Assembly (NCBI GenBank): GCA_964454265.1
Contig: CAYVXD010000013.1
Span: 35,797-48,817, forward strand
Reading direction: 5' to 3'
Length of the DNA: 13,021 bases
Origin: an uncultured Candidatus Sumerlaeota bacterium
Lineage (GTDB): Bacteria > Sumerlaeota > Sumerlaeia > MWCT01 > JAUWMI01
The translations under genes were made by a program, and so were the position numbers. The notes under the pieces were generated by a model that saw only the letters and a list, made by a program, of their open reading frames with translations, did not search any database and was not told the origin of the DNA. Every line of letters begins with the position of its first letter. The stretch's first letter is position 1. This document shows positions 5,947 through 12,869 of this stretch, in pieces.

Positions 5947-8088
5947 ATGACGAAGAAAGATGACAATGCAATGACATTGAAAGTGCAAGAAGCTTTGTCA
6001 AAGGATGTGGGCAGGGCAATTGCAAGGATAGACCCTGAAGATATGAAAAGTTTAGGGCTCGAAGTGGGAGAAATAATAGAGATTGGAGGTAAAAGAAAGA
6101 CGGCGGCGAAGGTAATGCCCTGTTATGCTGAAGATAGAGGGAAGAAGATTATTCAGATGGACGGGATCTCAAGAGAGAATGCCCAAATCGGTTTGGATGA
6201 AAAGGCAAAGATTCGTAAAGTTGGTCATAGACCCGCTAATAAAATCAAGCTCTCACCATTAACTGCATCACACCTGGTTCAAAGAGATAAGGATGCCAAA
6301 TATATCGGCTCTCTCATTGCAGGGATCCCTGTTTCCACCGGTGATAGGGTTAGAGCTACGCTTTTTGGATCAAGATCCTGCGATTTTAAGGTAGTAGGTA
6401 CTATCCCTGATGGGGTGGTATTGGTAAGTCCAACCACCATAGTGAGGATGGAGACAAAGAAATTAGGTGAAAGGGGTCCAGCCAAAGTTGCATATGAAGA
6501 TATTGGCGGACTCGGCACACAAATTCAAAGAATCAGAGAAATGATAGAACTTCCTCTACGATATCCTGAAGTTTTTGAGAGACTGGGAATCGATGCGCCG
6601 AAAGGTGTTTTTCTCTACGGACCACCGGGGACGGGAAAGACTTTAATTGCTCGAGCCGTGGCGAATGAAACGGACGCTTATTTTACTCATATATCAGGCC
6701 CTGAGATTATGGGCAAGTTCTACGGTGAAAGCGAGGCGCGTTTAAGAAGCGTATTTGAGGATGCCCAGAAACATGCGCCCGCTATAATCTTTATCGATGA
6801 GATAGATGCCATTGCCCCTAAAAGAGAAGAGATGGGCGGGGAGAAACAGGTTGAAAGACGTGTTGTGGCTCAGCTTTTAGCGCTGCTAGATGGATTAGAA
6901 TCTCGAGGGGAGGTAGTGATAATAGGAGCGACTAATATTCCTAATACTATAGACCCAGCCTTAAGAAGACCAGGACGGTTTGATAGAGAAATAGCCATCC
7001 CTATACCGGATAGGAATGGAAGATTAGAGATCTTACAGATTCATACCAGAGGCATGCCTCTTGCAGAAGACGTCAGCGTAGAAAAACTAGCTGAAATAAC
7101 TCATGGCTTTGTAGGAGCAGATTTAGAGGCCTTGGCAAGAGAAGCAGCTATGTCGGCTTTAAGGAAGATATTACCTAAAATAGATTTTGAATTGGCCGAT
7201 ATCCCATATGAGACTTTGATGAAGTTAGAAGTGACAATGGATAATTTTCTGGAGGCAATGAGGGAGGTCGAGCCATCGGCGATTAGAGAAGTGTTTGTAG
7301 AAGTCCCGGATGTGAAATGGAGTGATGTGGGCGGCCTCGATGATATCAAGGAAGAGCTAAGAGAGGCGATAGAATGGCCGCTTGAATATTCAGATGTTTT
7401 TAAGAAAGCAAGTACTCATCCTCCCAAAGGGATTTTGCTCTATGGATTACCTGGCACAGGGAAGACACTCCTGGCCAAGGCAGTGGCTAATGAAAGCGGG
7501 GTTAATTTTATATCCATTAAAGGTCCACAACTTATTAGCCGTTATGTTGGAGAATCAGAGCGAGGGGTGAGGGAGATATTCAAGAAGGCGAAGCAAGCTG
7601 CGCCAACAATACTTTTTCTGGATGAAATAGATAGCCTTGTTCCAATAAGAGGCTCAAGTTCTACAAGCGGTCATGTGACAGAGAGGGTAATAAGCCAATT
7701 TTTAACGGAAATGGATGGGATTGAGGAGCTTAAAGGGGTCGTTGTTTTAGCAGCTACTAACAGATTAGATTTAATTGACCCAGCATTACTAAGAAGTGGA
7801 AGATTGGACCTTTTGCTCGAGTTGCCTGCACCAGATGAAAAAGCCAGGGAGGAGGTATTCAAAATCCATACTCGCAATAAGCCGCTTGCCAAGGATGTTG
7901 ATTTGAAAAGCCTGGCCAAGGAGACTGAAGGTAAAGTAGGCTCTGACATTGAATTTATCTGCCGAAAGGCCTCTATGTTTGCGATAAGAGAATTTATAGA
8001 AAATCCAAAGGAGAAAAGCGGACCTATTATCAGAAGAACGCATTTTGAAGAGGCCATTAAGCTATTAGAAAAAAGAACACACGAATGA
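5947..8088 (+). CDS. Cdc48/VCP/p97-type AAA+ ATPase (N-domain plus tandem D1/D2 AAA modules)
   Basis: Two Walker A sites are present, [19 protein letters not shown] and [19 protein letters not shown]. The Walker B sites are [10 protein letters not shown] and [13 protein letters not shown]-like arginines occur ([22 protein letters not shown]; [19 protein letters not shown]). The N-terminal segment is a Cdc48_N-like double-psi barrel. The gene is 713 aa long and starts 2 nt after the Get3 stop. Confidence 0.85.
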   Translation: MTKKDDNAMTLKVQEALSKDVGRAIARIDPEDMKSLGLEVGEIIEIGGKRKTAAKVMPCYAEDRGKKIIQMDGISRENAQIGLDEKAKIRKVGHRPANKIKLSPLTASHLVQRDKDAKYIGSLIAGIPVSTGDRVRATLFGSRSCDFKVVGTIPDGVVLVSPTTIVRMETKKLGERGPAKVAYEDIGGLGTQIQRIREMIELPLRYPEVFERLGIDAPKGVFLYGPPGTGKTLIARAVANETDAYFTHISGPEIMGKFYGESEARLRSVFEDAQKHAPAIIFIDEIDAIAPKREEMGGEKQVERRVVAQLLALLDGLESRGEVVIIGATNIPNTIDPALRRPGRFDREIAIPIPDRNGRLEILQIHTRGMPLAEDVSVEKLAEITHGFVGADLEALAREAAMSALRKILPKIDFELADIPYETLMKLEVTMDNFLEAMREVEPSAIREVFVEVPDVKWSDVGGLDDIKEELREAIEWPLEYSDVFKKASTHPPKGILLYGLPGTGKTLLAKAVANESGVNFISIKGPQLISRYVGESERGVREIFKKAKQAAPTILFLDEIDSLVPIRGSSSTSGHVTERVISQFLTEMDGIEELKGVVVLAATNRLDLIDPALLRSGRLDLLLELPAPDEKAREEVFKIHTRNKPLAKDVDLKSLAKETEGKVGSDIEFICRKASMFAIREFIENPKEKSGPIIRRTHFEEAIKLLEKRTHE

Positions 8089-8161
8089 AGATCCTCGGCC
8101 ACAAAATTAGAGGTAAAAGGGCTTTCGGCCTATCTTGATTGTCAGTAAGAAAGGAGGAGAG

Positions 8162-8188
8162 ATGCAATTTTTAGGATTTGTCCTATGA
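8162..8188 (+). other. Candidate 8-codon upstream ORF (MQFLGFVL*) behind a near-perfect SD in the 215-nt intergenic region
   Basis: AAGGAGGAGAG at 8151-8161 is immediately followed by ATG 8162, then CAA TTT TTA GGA TTT GTC CTA TGA. This is the strongest SD in the window, but it drives only a tiny ORF. Confidence 0.2.
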
Positions 8189-8251
8189 CTTGAGTAGGGC
8201 GCTGTATGCAATAAAGTTAAGAACTTCTTCTTTGCCTTTGTCCTGAAAGTG

Positions 8252-8286
8252 CCTTAGGGGAGGGCATGGTGTTGCCTCCCCTAAGG
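8252..8286 (+). promoter_or_regulatory. GC-rich stem-loop overlapping the ribosome-binding region of the GvpF/L-J gene
   Basis: CCTTAGGGGAGG(8252-8263) pairs with CCTCCCCTAAGG(8275-8286) as a perfect 12-bp inverted repeat; GCA/TGC pairs can extend it and the loop is about 6 nt. The 3' arm runs into AAGGTG, the SD for ATG 8304. No T-run follows, so it is not a classical intrinsic terminator. Confidence 0.4.
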
Positions 8287-8303
8287 TGAAAAGGTGTGCC
8301 ATA

Positions 8304-9434
8304 ATGGATAGAATAGGAAAATATATTTACGGAATTATAACTTCTAATGGAAAAGAGCTTTTTGGCTCTTGTATGCCAGCCGAAGCATCGGTGCAGGCAG
8401 GAGCGATTACAGCCTGTGAAGAAGCTCTCTCGATTAGAGGTGCCTCGGACGCTCCTGGAGAGTGCAAAACTCCTGGGGCCGTTTATACTATTCCATATCA
8501 GGATATCTCGGCTGTGGTTAGCGACTCAGAGATAGCTGATTATGGCCTTTTACTTAAGGATGAAGTAGCCAGGCGGTTAATTAAACATCAGCGGGTAATT
8601 GAAAAGGTTATGGAGAACTTTATGATTATTCCGATGCGGTTAGGAACTTTTGCTTACGATGCAGATGAGGTGGTCCGTATTTTGGCTCAAGGCTATATAA
8701 TAACTAAAGGCATATTTAATAAGGTATTTGATAAAATAGAGATTGATGTAGTTGCGGTGTGGAATGATTTCAATTCAGTCCTTCAAGAGGTAGTAGAAGA
8801 GAAAGAAATTAAGGAATTAAAAGGCAGACTCTTAGCTAATCCTAATGGGATAACGAAAGATGACCAGATGAAAGTGGGGATGATGGTTAAAAATCACCTG
8901 GATAAGAAAAGAGAAAAATGTGCTTTTGAGATACAAAGTGTTCTAAAGACTATTAGCCATGATTTTAGGGTACATGAGCTTATGAATGATAGAATGGTTA
9001 TTAATATGGCCTTTTTGATAAGTAAGGCCAAGGGTGAAGATTTCGATAGGAAAGTAGAAGAGCTAAATACTGCATTTGCTGATAAGTTAAATTTTAGATG
9101 TGTTGGGCCGCTTCCGCCTTATAGTTTTTACACGCTGGAGATAAAGAAGATGCAAATTGAAGAAATGGATTGGGCGAGAAAGAAACTCGGTTTAAATGAT
9201 GCTACAAGTAAAGCTGAAATTAAGAAAGCCTATCAGAGGCTAGCCTTTACTTCTCATCCTGATAAAAACTCACATATGCCAGGAACAGAAAGAGAATTTG
9301 ATGATGTTAATAAGGCTTACAGGATACTAATTGACTATTGTGAGGCTTGTGAACAGGTAAGCCAGCAAGATAGTTTTTCTCTTAGTGCGGAGGGATTCAA
9401 AAAGAACGCAATTTTGGTTACAGTGAGAGAATAG
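8304..9434 (+). CDS. GvpF/GvpL-family gas vesicle protein with a C-terminal DnaJ J-domain fusion
   Basis: SD AAGGTG lies 7 nt upstream of ATG 8304; the ORF-track GTG at 8286 is probably an over-extension. The N-terminus GKYIYGII is the GvpF/L-typical YxYG(I/V) start. The region HQRVIEKVMENFMIIPMRLGTFAYDADEV is paralogous to the 9436, 10773 and 12051 GvpF/L genes. The C-terminal ~60 aa reads DWARKKLGLNDATSKAEIKKAYQRLAFTSHPDKN...FDDVNKAYRIL, a J-domain with an intact HPD motif. Confidence 0.8.
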   Translation: MDRIGKYIYGIITSNGKELFGSCMPAEASVQAGAITACEEALSIRGASDAPGECKTPGAVYTIPYQDISAVVSDSEIADYGLLLKDEVARRLIKHQRVIEKVMENFMIIPMRLGTFAYDADEVVRILAQGYIITKGIFNKVFDKIEIDVVAVWNDFNSVLQEVVEEKEIKELKGRLLANPNGITKDDQMKVGMMVKNHLDKKREKCAFEIQSVLKTISHDFRVHELMNDRMVINMAFLISKAKGEDFDRKVEELNTAFADKLNFRCVGPLPPYSFYTLEIKKMQIEEMDWARKKLGLNDATSKAEIKKAYQRLAFTSHPDKNSHMPGTEREFDDVNKAYRILIDYCEACEQVSQQDSFSLSAEGFKKNAILVTVRE

Positions 9435-9435
9435 T

Positions 9436-10206
9436 ATGCACAAAGAAGGAAAGTATGTTTATTGTATTATTGGCACAAAGCAGGAAAGAAATTTTGGACC
9501 TATAGGCATAGGTAGAAGAGGTGATGAGGTCTTAACTATTGGCTATGATGACCTAAGCATGGTTGTAAGCAATCATCCTATGGCCAAACTTGTTGTTAAC
9601 TTGGAAAATATATTAGCCCATGAGAAGATAACTGAGGAGGTAATGAGAGAATTTGACAGTGTTCTTCCAGTTCGATTTGGAACTATTGCGTCCAGCGCGG
9701 ATGAGATAAGAAATCTTTTAGGTAGAAGGTTTAGAGAATTTAAGAATTCTCTTAGAGATATGGATCACAAAGTAGAATTAGGTGTTAAGGGTTTATGGAA
9801 AAATATGGATGAGATTTTTAAAGAGATCGTTGAAGTGAGCAAAGGAATTAAGACGGCGAAAGAAAAAATTCTGAACGATACCGGCAAGAAGAACACCGAG
9901 GCTAAAAGGGAAGTAGGCAAGATGGTTGAGCAGGCTTTGGCAAGGAAAAAGGAAAAGGAAGCCGAGAAAATAGTGCGTGCGCTACGAAGAACATCCTTTG
10001 ATTATAAGCTTAACAAAACAATTGATGATGAGATGTTCATGAATGCTGCCTTTTTGGTTGATAAAGGAAGAGAAAAAGAATTTGACAATATTATGGATGA
10101 TTTAAGTGAGCAATACAAGGAGAGAATATTGTTTATGTATGCAGGTCCTTTGCCTGTATTTAATTTTGTCAATATTACGATATATCCAGAGGAATGGGAA
10201 AAATAA
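9436..10206 (+). CDS. GvpF/GvpL-family gas vesicle protein (paralog 2)
   Basis: The N-terminus reads GKYVYCIIG...FGPIGIGRRGDEVLTIGYDDLSMVVSN. The region ILAHEKITEEVMREFDSVLPVRFGT and the C-terminal LFMYAGPLPVFNFV are colinear with the other paralogs. It starts 2 nt after the previous stop. Confidence 0.8.
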   Translation: MHKEGKYVYCIIGTKQERNFGPIGIGRRGDEVLTIGYDDLSMVVSNHPMAKLVVNLENILAHEKITEEVMREFDSVLPVRFGTIASSADEIRNLLGRRFREFKNSLRDMDHKVELGVKGLWKNMDEIFKEIVEVSKGIKTAKEKILNDTGKKNTEAKREVGKMVEQALARKKEKEAEKIVRALRRTSFDYKLNKTIDDEMFMNAAFLVDKGREKEFDNIMDDLSEQYKERILFMYAGPLPVFNFVNITIYPEEWEK

Positions 10207-10207
10207 A

Positions 10208-10558
10208 GTGGCCTTCAGTGGGACAGAAGCAGAAATCATAAATAGCGTTGCCCGATTAAGAAAAGCAACCAAGCACCAGATAAAAAGAGCGGTGGGTTTT
10301 TCATTAGAGTATGTAGGTTTCTTATGTCGGTATTTAGTTAGGAAAGGGTATTTAGTATTTCATAATAGGCATTATTCTTTGGCAAATGCAGGAATAGGAA
10401 CATTACTGACAGAAGAAGTGCCCAAGATTGATAGAAAGTTAATGAATGAGATAGCAAAAGAAGTAGCTGCGAAGATTGGCGGCGAGTTAAAAAGGACAAT
10501 AGAAGGCACACAGATTAATGGAATACGTTATAAAGAATATAAAGCAGCAGTTCAATAA
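10208..10558 (+). CDS. Hypothetical winged-helix-like protein (probable GTG start; possibly a remnant of a disrupted gene)
   Basis: The ORF-track start at 10106 would overlap the preceding gene by 100 nt in another frame. An in-frame GTG at 10208 directly follows the upstream stop at 10204-10206. The segment EAEIINSVARLRKATKHQIKRAVGFSLEYVGFLCRYLVRKGYLV looks like an HTH plus wing. The tail DRKLMNEIAKEVAAKIGGELKRTIEG loosely resembles the MreB/actin subdomain (DeaIinyIrr..g.lIGe.tAE.iK.eiG). Confidence 0.35.
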   Translation: MAFSGTEAEIINSVARLRKATKHQIKRAVGFSLEYVGFLCRYLVRKGYLVFHNRHYSLANAGIGTLLTEEVPKIDRKLMNEIAKEVAAKIGGELKRTIEGTQINGIRYKEYKAAVQ

Positions 10559-10772
10559 GGCAAGGGGAATGCCGCGGATACAGAAGCCAATTAAGATAGT
10601 GCTATCCGGAGGGACATCTTTGCCAAAAGGTTTTGCCCAGAGATTTAAAAAGATCTTGGATCGGTTGAGTCTGCCTGTTCCAGTTGGAGAAGTGAGGATG
10701 GCGTCTCAGCCTCTGAAAAGTGTAGCGAAAGGAGCATTAGTGGCAGCTAGTGCTGATGGAGGCAAGAAATAG
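10518..10772 (+). pseudogene. 84-aa ORF carrying only the C-terminal 'adenosine' motif region of an actin/Hsp70-fold ATPase (MreB/ParM/Hsp70 NBD-like), a likely gene fragment
   Basis: KIVLSGGTSLPKGFAQRFKKILDRLSLPVPVGEVRMASQPLKSVAKGALVAA matches the MreB/actin C-terminus (VLTGGGALLRNLD..L.....IPV.VAEDPL.CVA.GaG). The N-terminal ~250 aa of the fold are absent. The ORF overlaps the upstream ORF by 41 nt in a different frame, and a frame-0 TAG at 10500-10502 blocks any upstream extension. Confidence 0.4.
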
Positions 10773-11540
10773 ATGGAAGTGGCCTTAAAAGAAGGTAAGT
10801 ATATATACTGCATAATAGAGTCAAATCAATCTCAATCATTTGGCCCATTGGGCATTGGCGGAAGAGGTGATCAATTATATACTATCTGCTTTAATGGTAT
10901 TGCCGCAGTGGTGAGCAATGCTCCGATTAAAAAATATCCCATCTCAAGAGAAAATACCCTTGGCCATGAGAAGGCAATTGAGGAGGTAATGAAAGAACAT
11001 ACAGTTTTACCAGTTAGATTTGCTACAATTGCCGAAGACGAAGGGAAGGTTAAGAAGATATTAGAAAAAGAGCACGACAGATTTAAAGGTCTGTTAGATA
11101 AGATGAGAGACAAGAAAGAGCTGGGGCTTAAAGCAATATTTAGAGAAGATGTTGTTTATAAGGATATTTTGGAAAGATACGAAGATATAAGGGTGTTAAA
11201 GGAAAAAACAGCCGGATTGCCTTCTGATAAGACGTATTATCAACGTATGGAAATAGGAAGAATGGTGGAGGCTGCTCTGCAAAAAGAGAAAGAGATTTAT
11301 AAAGGGGATATATTAAATACTTTATCGCCGTTGGCAGTGGAAGTTAAGACCACCGATACCTATTACGAGCTGATGATTATAAATGCCGCCTTCTTGGTGG
11401 AAGAACACAGAGAGGCAGAGTTTGATCAAGATGTGGAGGGACTTGCGGACAAGTATGTCGAAAAGGTTAGATTCAAGTATGTAGGCACGCTGCCAGCATT
11501 TAATTTTGTTAATCTGCTTATCAGGACAGAGGAATATTAA
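10773..11540 (+). CDS. GvpF/GvpL-family gas vesicle protein (paralog 3)
   Basis: The N-terminus reads GKYIYCIIE...FGPLGIGGRGDQLYTICFNGIAAVVSN. Further matching segments are LGHEKAIEEVMKEHTVLPVRFAT and KYVGTLPAFNFV. ATG 10773 abuts the upstream stop at 10770-10772. Confidence 0.8.
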   Translation: MEVALKEGKYIYCIIESNQSQSFGPLGIGGRGDQLYTICFNGIAAVVSNAPIKKYPISRENTLGHEKAIEEVMKEHTVLPVRFATIAEDEGKVKKILEKEHDRFKGLLDKMRDKKELGLKAIFREDVVYKDILERYEDIRVLKEKTAGLPSDKTYYQRMEIGRMVEAALQKEKEIYKGDILNTLSPLAVEVKTTDTYYELMIINAAFLVEEHREAEFDQDVEGLADKYVEKVRFKYVGTLPAFNFVNLLIRTEEY

Positions 11541-11541
11541 G

Positions 11542-11778
11542 ATGCTCTTAATTGACGATATATTGCTTGCCCCACTAAAGGCTGTCGTTTGGATGGGGAA
11601 GAAAATTAATGAGGTGGTGGAGAAGGAAGTGTCAGATGAGGGGCGAATAAAAGAGAAGCTCATGGAATTGCAATTACGGTTTGAATTGGATGAAATAAGT
11701 GAGCAAGAATATGATAAACAAGAGAAAGAGATTTTAGCGCAATTGGATGCTATTAGAAAGGCCAAAGAGGAGGTTTGA
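11542..11778 (+). CDS. gvpG: Gas vesicle protein GvpG
   Basis: MLLIDDILLAPLKAVVWMGKKINEVVEKE...GRIKEKLMELQLRFELDEISEQEYDKQEKEILAQLD matches the GvpG family pattern (M..iDDl...P..g..wl...iqe...eE......l...L..L...L..GEIseeEy...E.ell..L). GAGGAA lies 7 nt upstream of ATG 11542; the track's 11506 start lies inside the previous gene. Confidence 0.75.
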   Translation: MLLIDDILLAPLKAVVWMGKKINEVVEKEVSDEGRIKEKLMELQLRFELDEISEQEYDKQEKEILAQLDAIRKAKEEV

Positions 11779-11780
11779 AA

Positions 11781-12040
11781 CTGGTTAATATAGAAGAAGC
11801 CGGAAAAGCAACAGGTGCGGAGTTTTTGAAAAGACCTTTGGGGTAAAAGAGATAAAGGTCATTAAGGCAATACAGATTGGCAATGGCTGGGAGAATGAAG
11901 CAGAAGTATATGAAGAGAGCTATTAAAAGGCCCCTGAATTGTCAACTGGAGTGCAGGGCGGGAATACCTATTAGGTGAAACTAAACGATGGATTAGAAGT
12001 TGAAACCTATGGGTTTGATGGGATTCAGCAAGATTTCTAA
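11781..12040 (+). pseudogene. Frameshifted and stop-interrupted remnant of a second GvpO-like gene (paralog of 3424..3696)
   Basis: Frame 0 (11781-11846) reads LVNIEEAGKATGAEFLKRPLG*, corresponding to VEEVNKAIVEFLKSTVNA of the 3424 gene. After a -1 shift near 11843 it reads VKEIKVIKAIQIGNGWENEAEVYEESY* (cf. DAKVIKVERSQDGWIGEAEVFEESAF), then KAPELSTGVQGGNTY*VKLNDGLEVETYGFDGIQQDF* (cf. LGLPTKVQDRNIYEIKLTDTLEVISYSRKH). There is one frameshift and two in-frame stops (TAA 11924, TAG 11972). Confidence 0.55.
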
Positions 12041-12050
12041 TGGGGTGAAT

Positions 12051-12869
12051 ATGGAAGTAGCAAAGAAAGACCTCATCTATTTGTATTGTGTCACAAATAA
12101 GGTACCCAAGTTGAAAGAGGTAGAAGATTTGGTCGATGAACTTAGTTTTGTTCATCACTGCGGTCTTTATGCTGTGGTTAGCAAAGTCTTAGGATGTGAG
12201 TTTAGCGAGGAAAATCTAAAGAAGAATTTATGTGATATAGAGTGGGTAAAGCTTAAAGCAAGTATACACGAGAAGATAATAGAAGGGGTTATGAGAAATA
12301 GCTGTGTAGTTCCTTTTAAGTTCGCAACTTTATTCAATACCAAGGATAACTTGAAAGCGTGCATGAAGGAACATGAGGAAGAACTGAAAGAGAATTTAAA
12401 CAACTTAGAGGGCAAGGAGGAGTGGGGGGTAAAGATTTACTGTGACGCGGAAAAGTTAGAAGAAAGCCTCGTACAGGAAGATGAAGAGATCTTAAAGATC
12501 CATAAGGAAATTAGTTCTTCTACGCCTGGGAAGGCCTTTTTCTTGAAGAAGAAAGAGGAAGAGTTACTGAATATAGCAGTAAATAAGAGGATCAATGAAT
12601 ATGGTCAAGATAGTTTTGCTAGGCTTCGAGAACAGAGTCTTCAAACGCGTTTCAATAAATTATTGCCAAAAGAAGTGACTGAAAGAAAGGATGATATGGT
12701 TCTGAATTCTGCCTTTTTAGTTGAGAAGGAGAAGGTGAGTGCATTTATGAGCACGGTAGGTGTTCTGAAAGCACAACATGAGTTCAGCGGGCTATTCTTT
12801 GATTGCACCGGTCCTTGGCCACCTTACAATTTCTGTGATTTTTCAAGAGAAAAAGCACAAAATGGATAA
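12051..12869 (+). CDS. GvpF/GvpL-family gas vesicle protein (paralog 4)
   Basis: GGGGTGA lies 3 nt before ATG 12051; the track's 12000 start would run through the pseudogene remnant. The N-terminus reads KKDLIYLYCVT. Further matches are IHEKIIEGVMRNSCVVPFKFATLF and the C-terminal FDCTGPWPPYNF (cf. CVGPLPPYSF, YAGPLPVFNF). Confidence 0.75.
   Translation: MEVAKKDLIYLYCVTNKVPKLKEVEDLVDELSFVHHCGLYAVVSKVLGCEFSEENLKKNLCDIEWVKLKASIHEKIIEGVMRNSCVVPFKFATLFNTKDNLKACMKEHEEELKENLNNLEGKEEWGVKIYCDAEKLEESLVQEDEEILKIHKEISSSTPGKAFFLKKKEEELLNIAVNKRINEYGQDSFARLREQSLQTRFNKLLPKEVTERKDDMVLNSAFLVEKEKVSAFMSTVGVLKAQHEFSGLFFDCTGPWPPYNFCDFSREKAQNG

Noticed and set aside
8347-8535. + strand ORF 8347..8535 (62 aa) and 7382..7570 (62 aa)
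   Set aside because: They are alternate-frame ORFs embedded inside the GvpF/L-J and Cdc48 genes respectively, with no motif support or RBS.
10106-10207. ORF-track start at 10106 (MSNTRREYCLCMQVLCLY...)
   Set aside because: It would overlap the preceding GvpF/L gene by ~100 nt in another frame, with a Cys/Leu-rich nonsense-like N-terminus. The in-frame GTG at 10208 right after the upstream stop is more plausible.
1129-12415. All other minus-strand ORFs in the track (e.g. 1311..1679, 2325..2597, 4547..4912, 5317..5694, 7671..8102, 11322..11765, 11862..12158)
   Set aside because: Each lies inside or antisense to a + strand gene with clear family motifs or to the GvpO pseudogene. None shows recognisable motifs or a convincing SD. 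The operon is uniformly + stranded.
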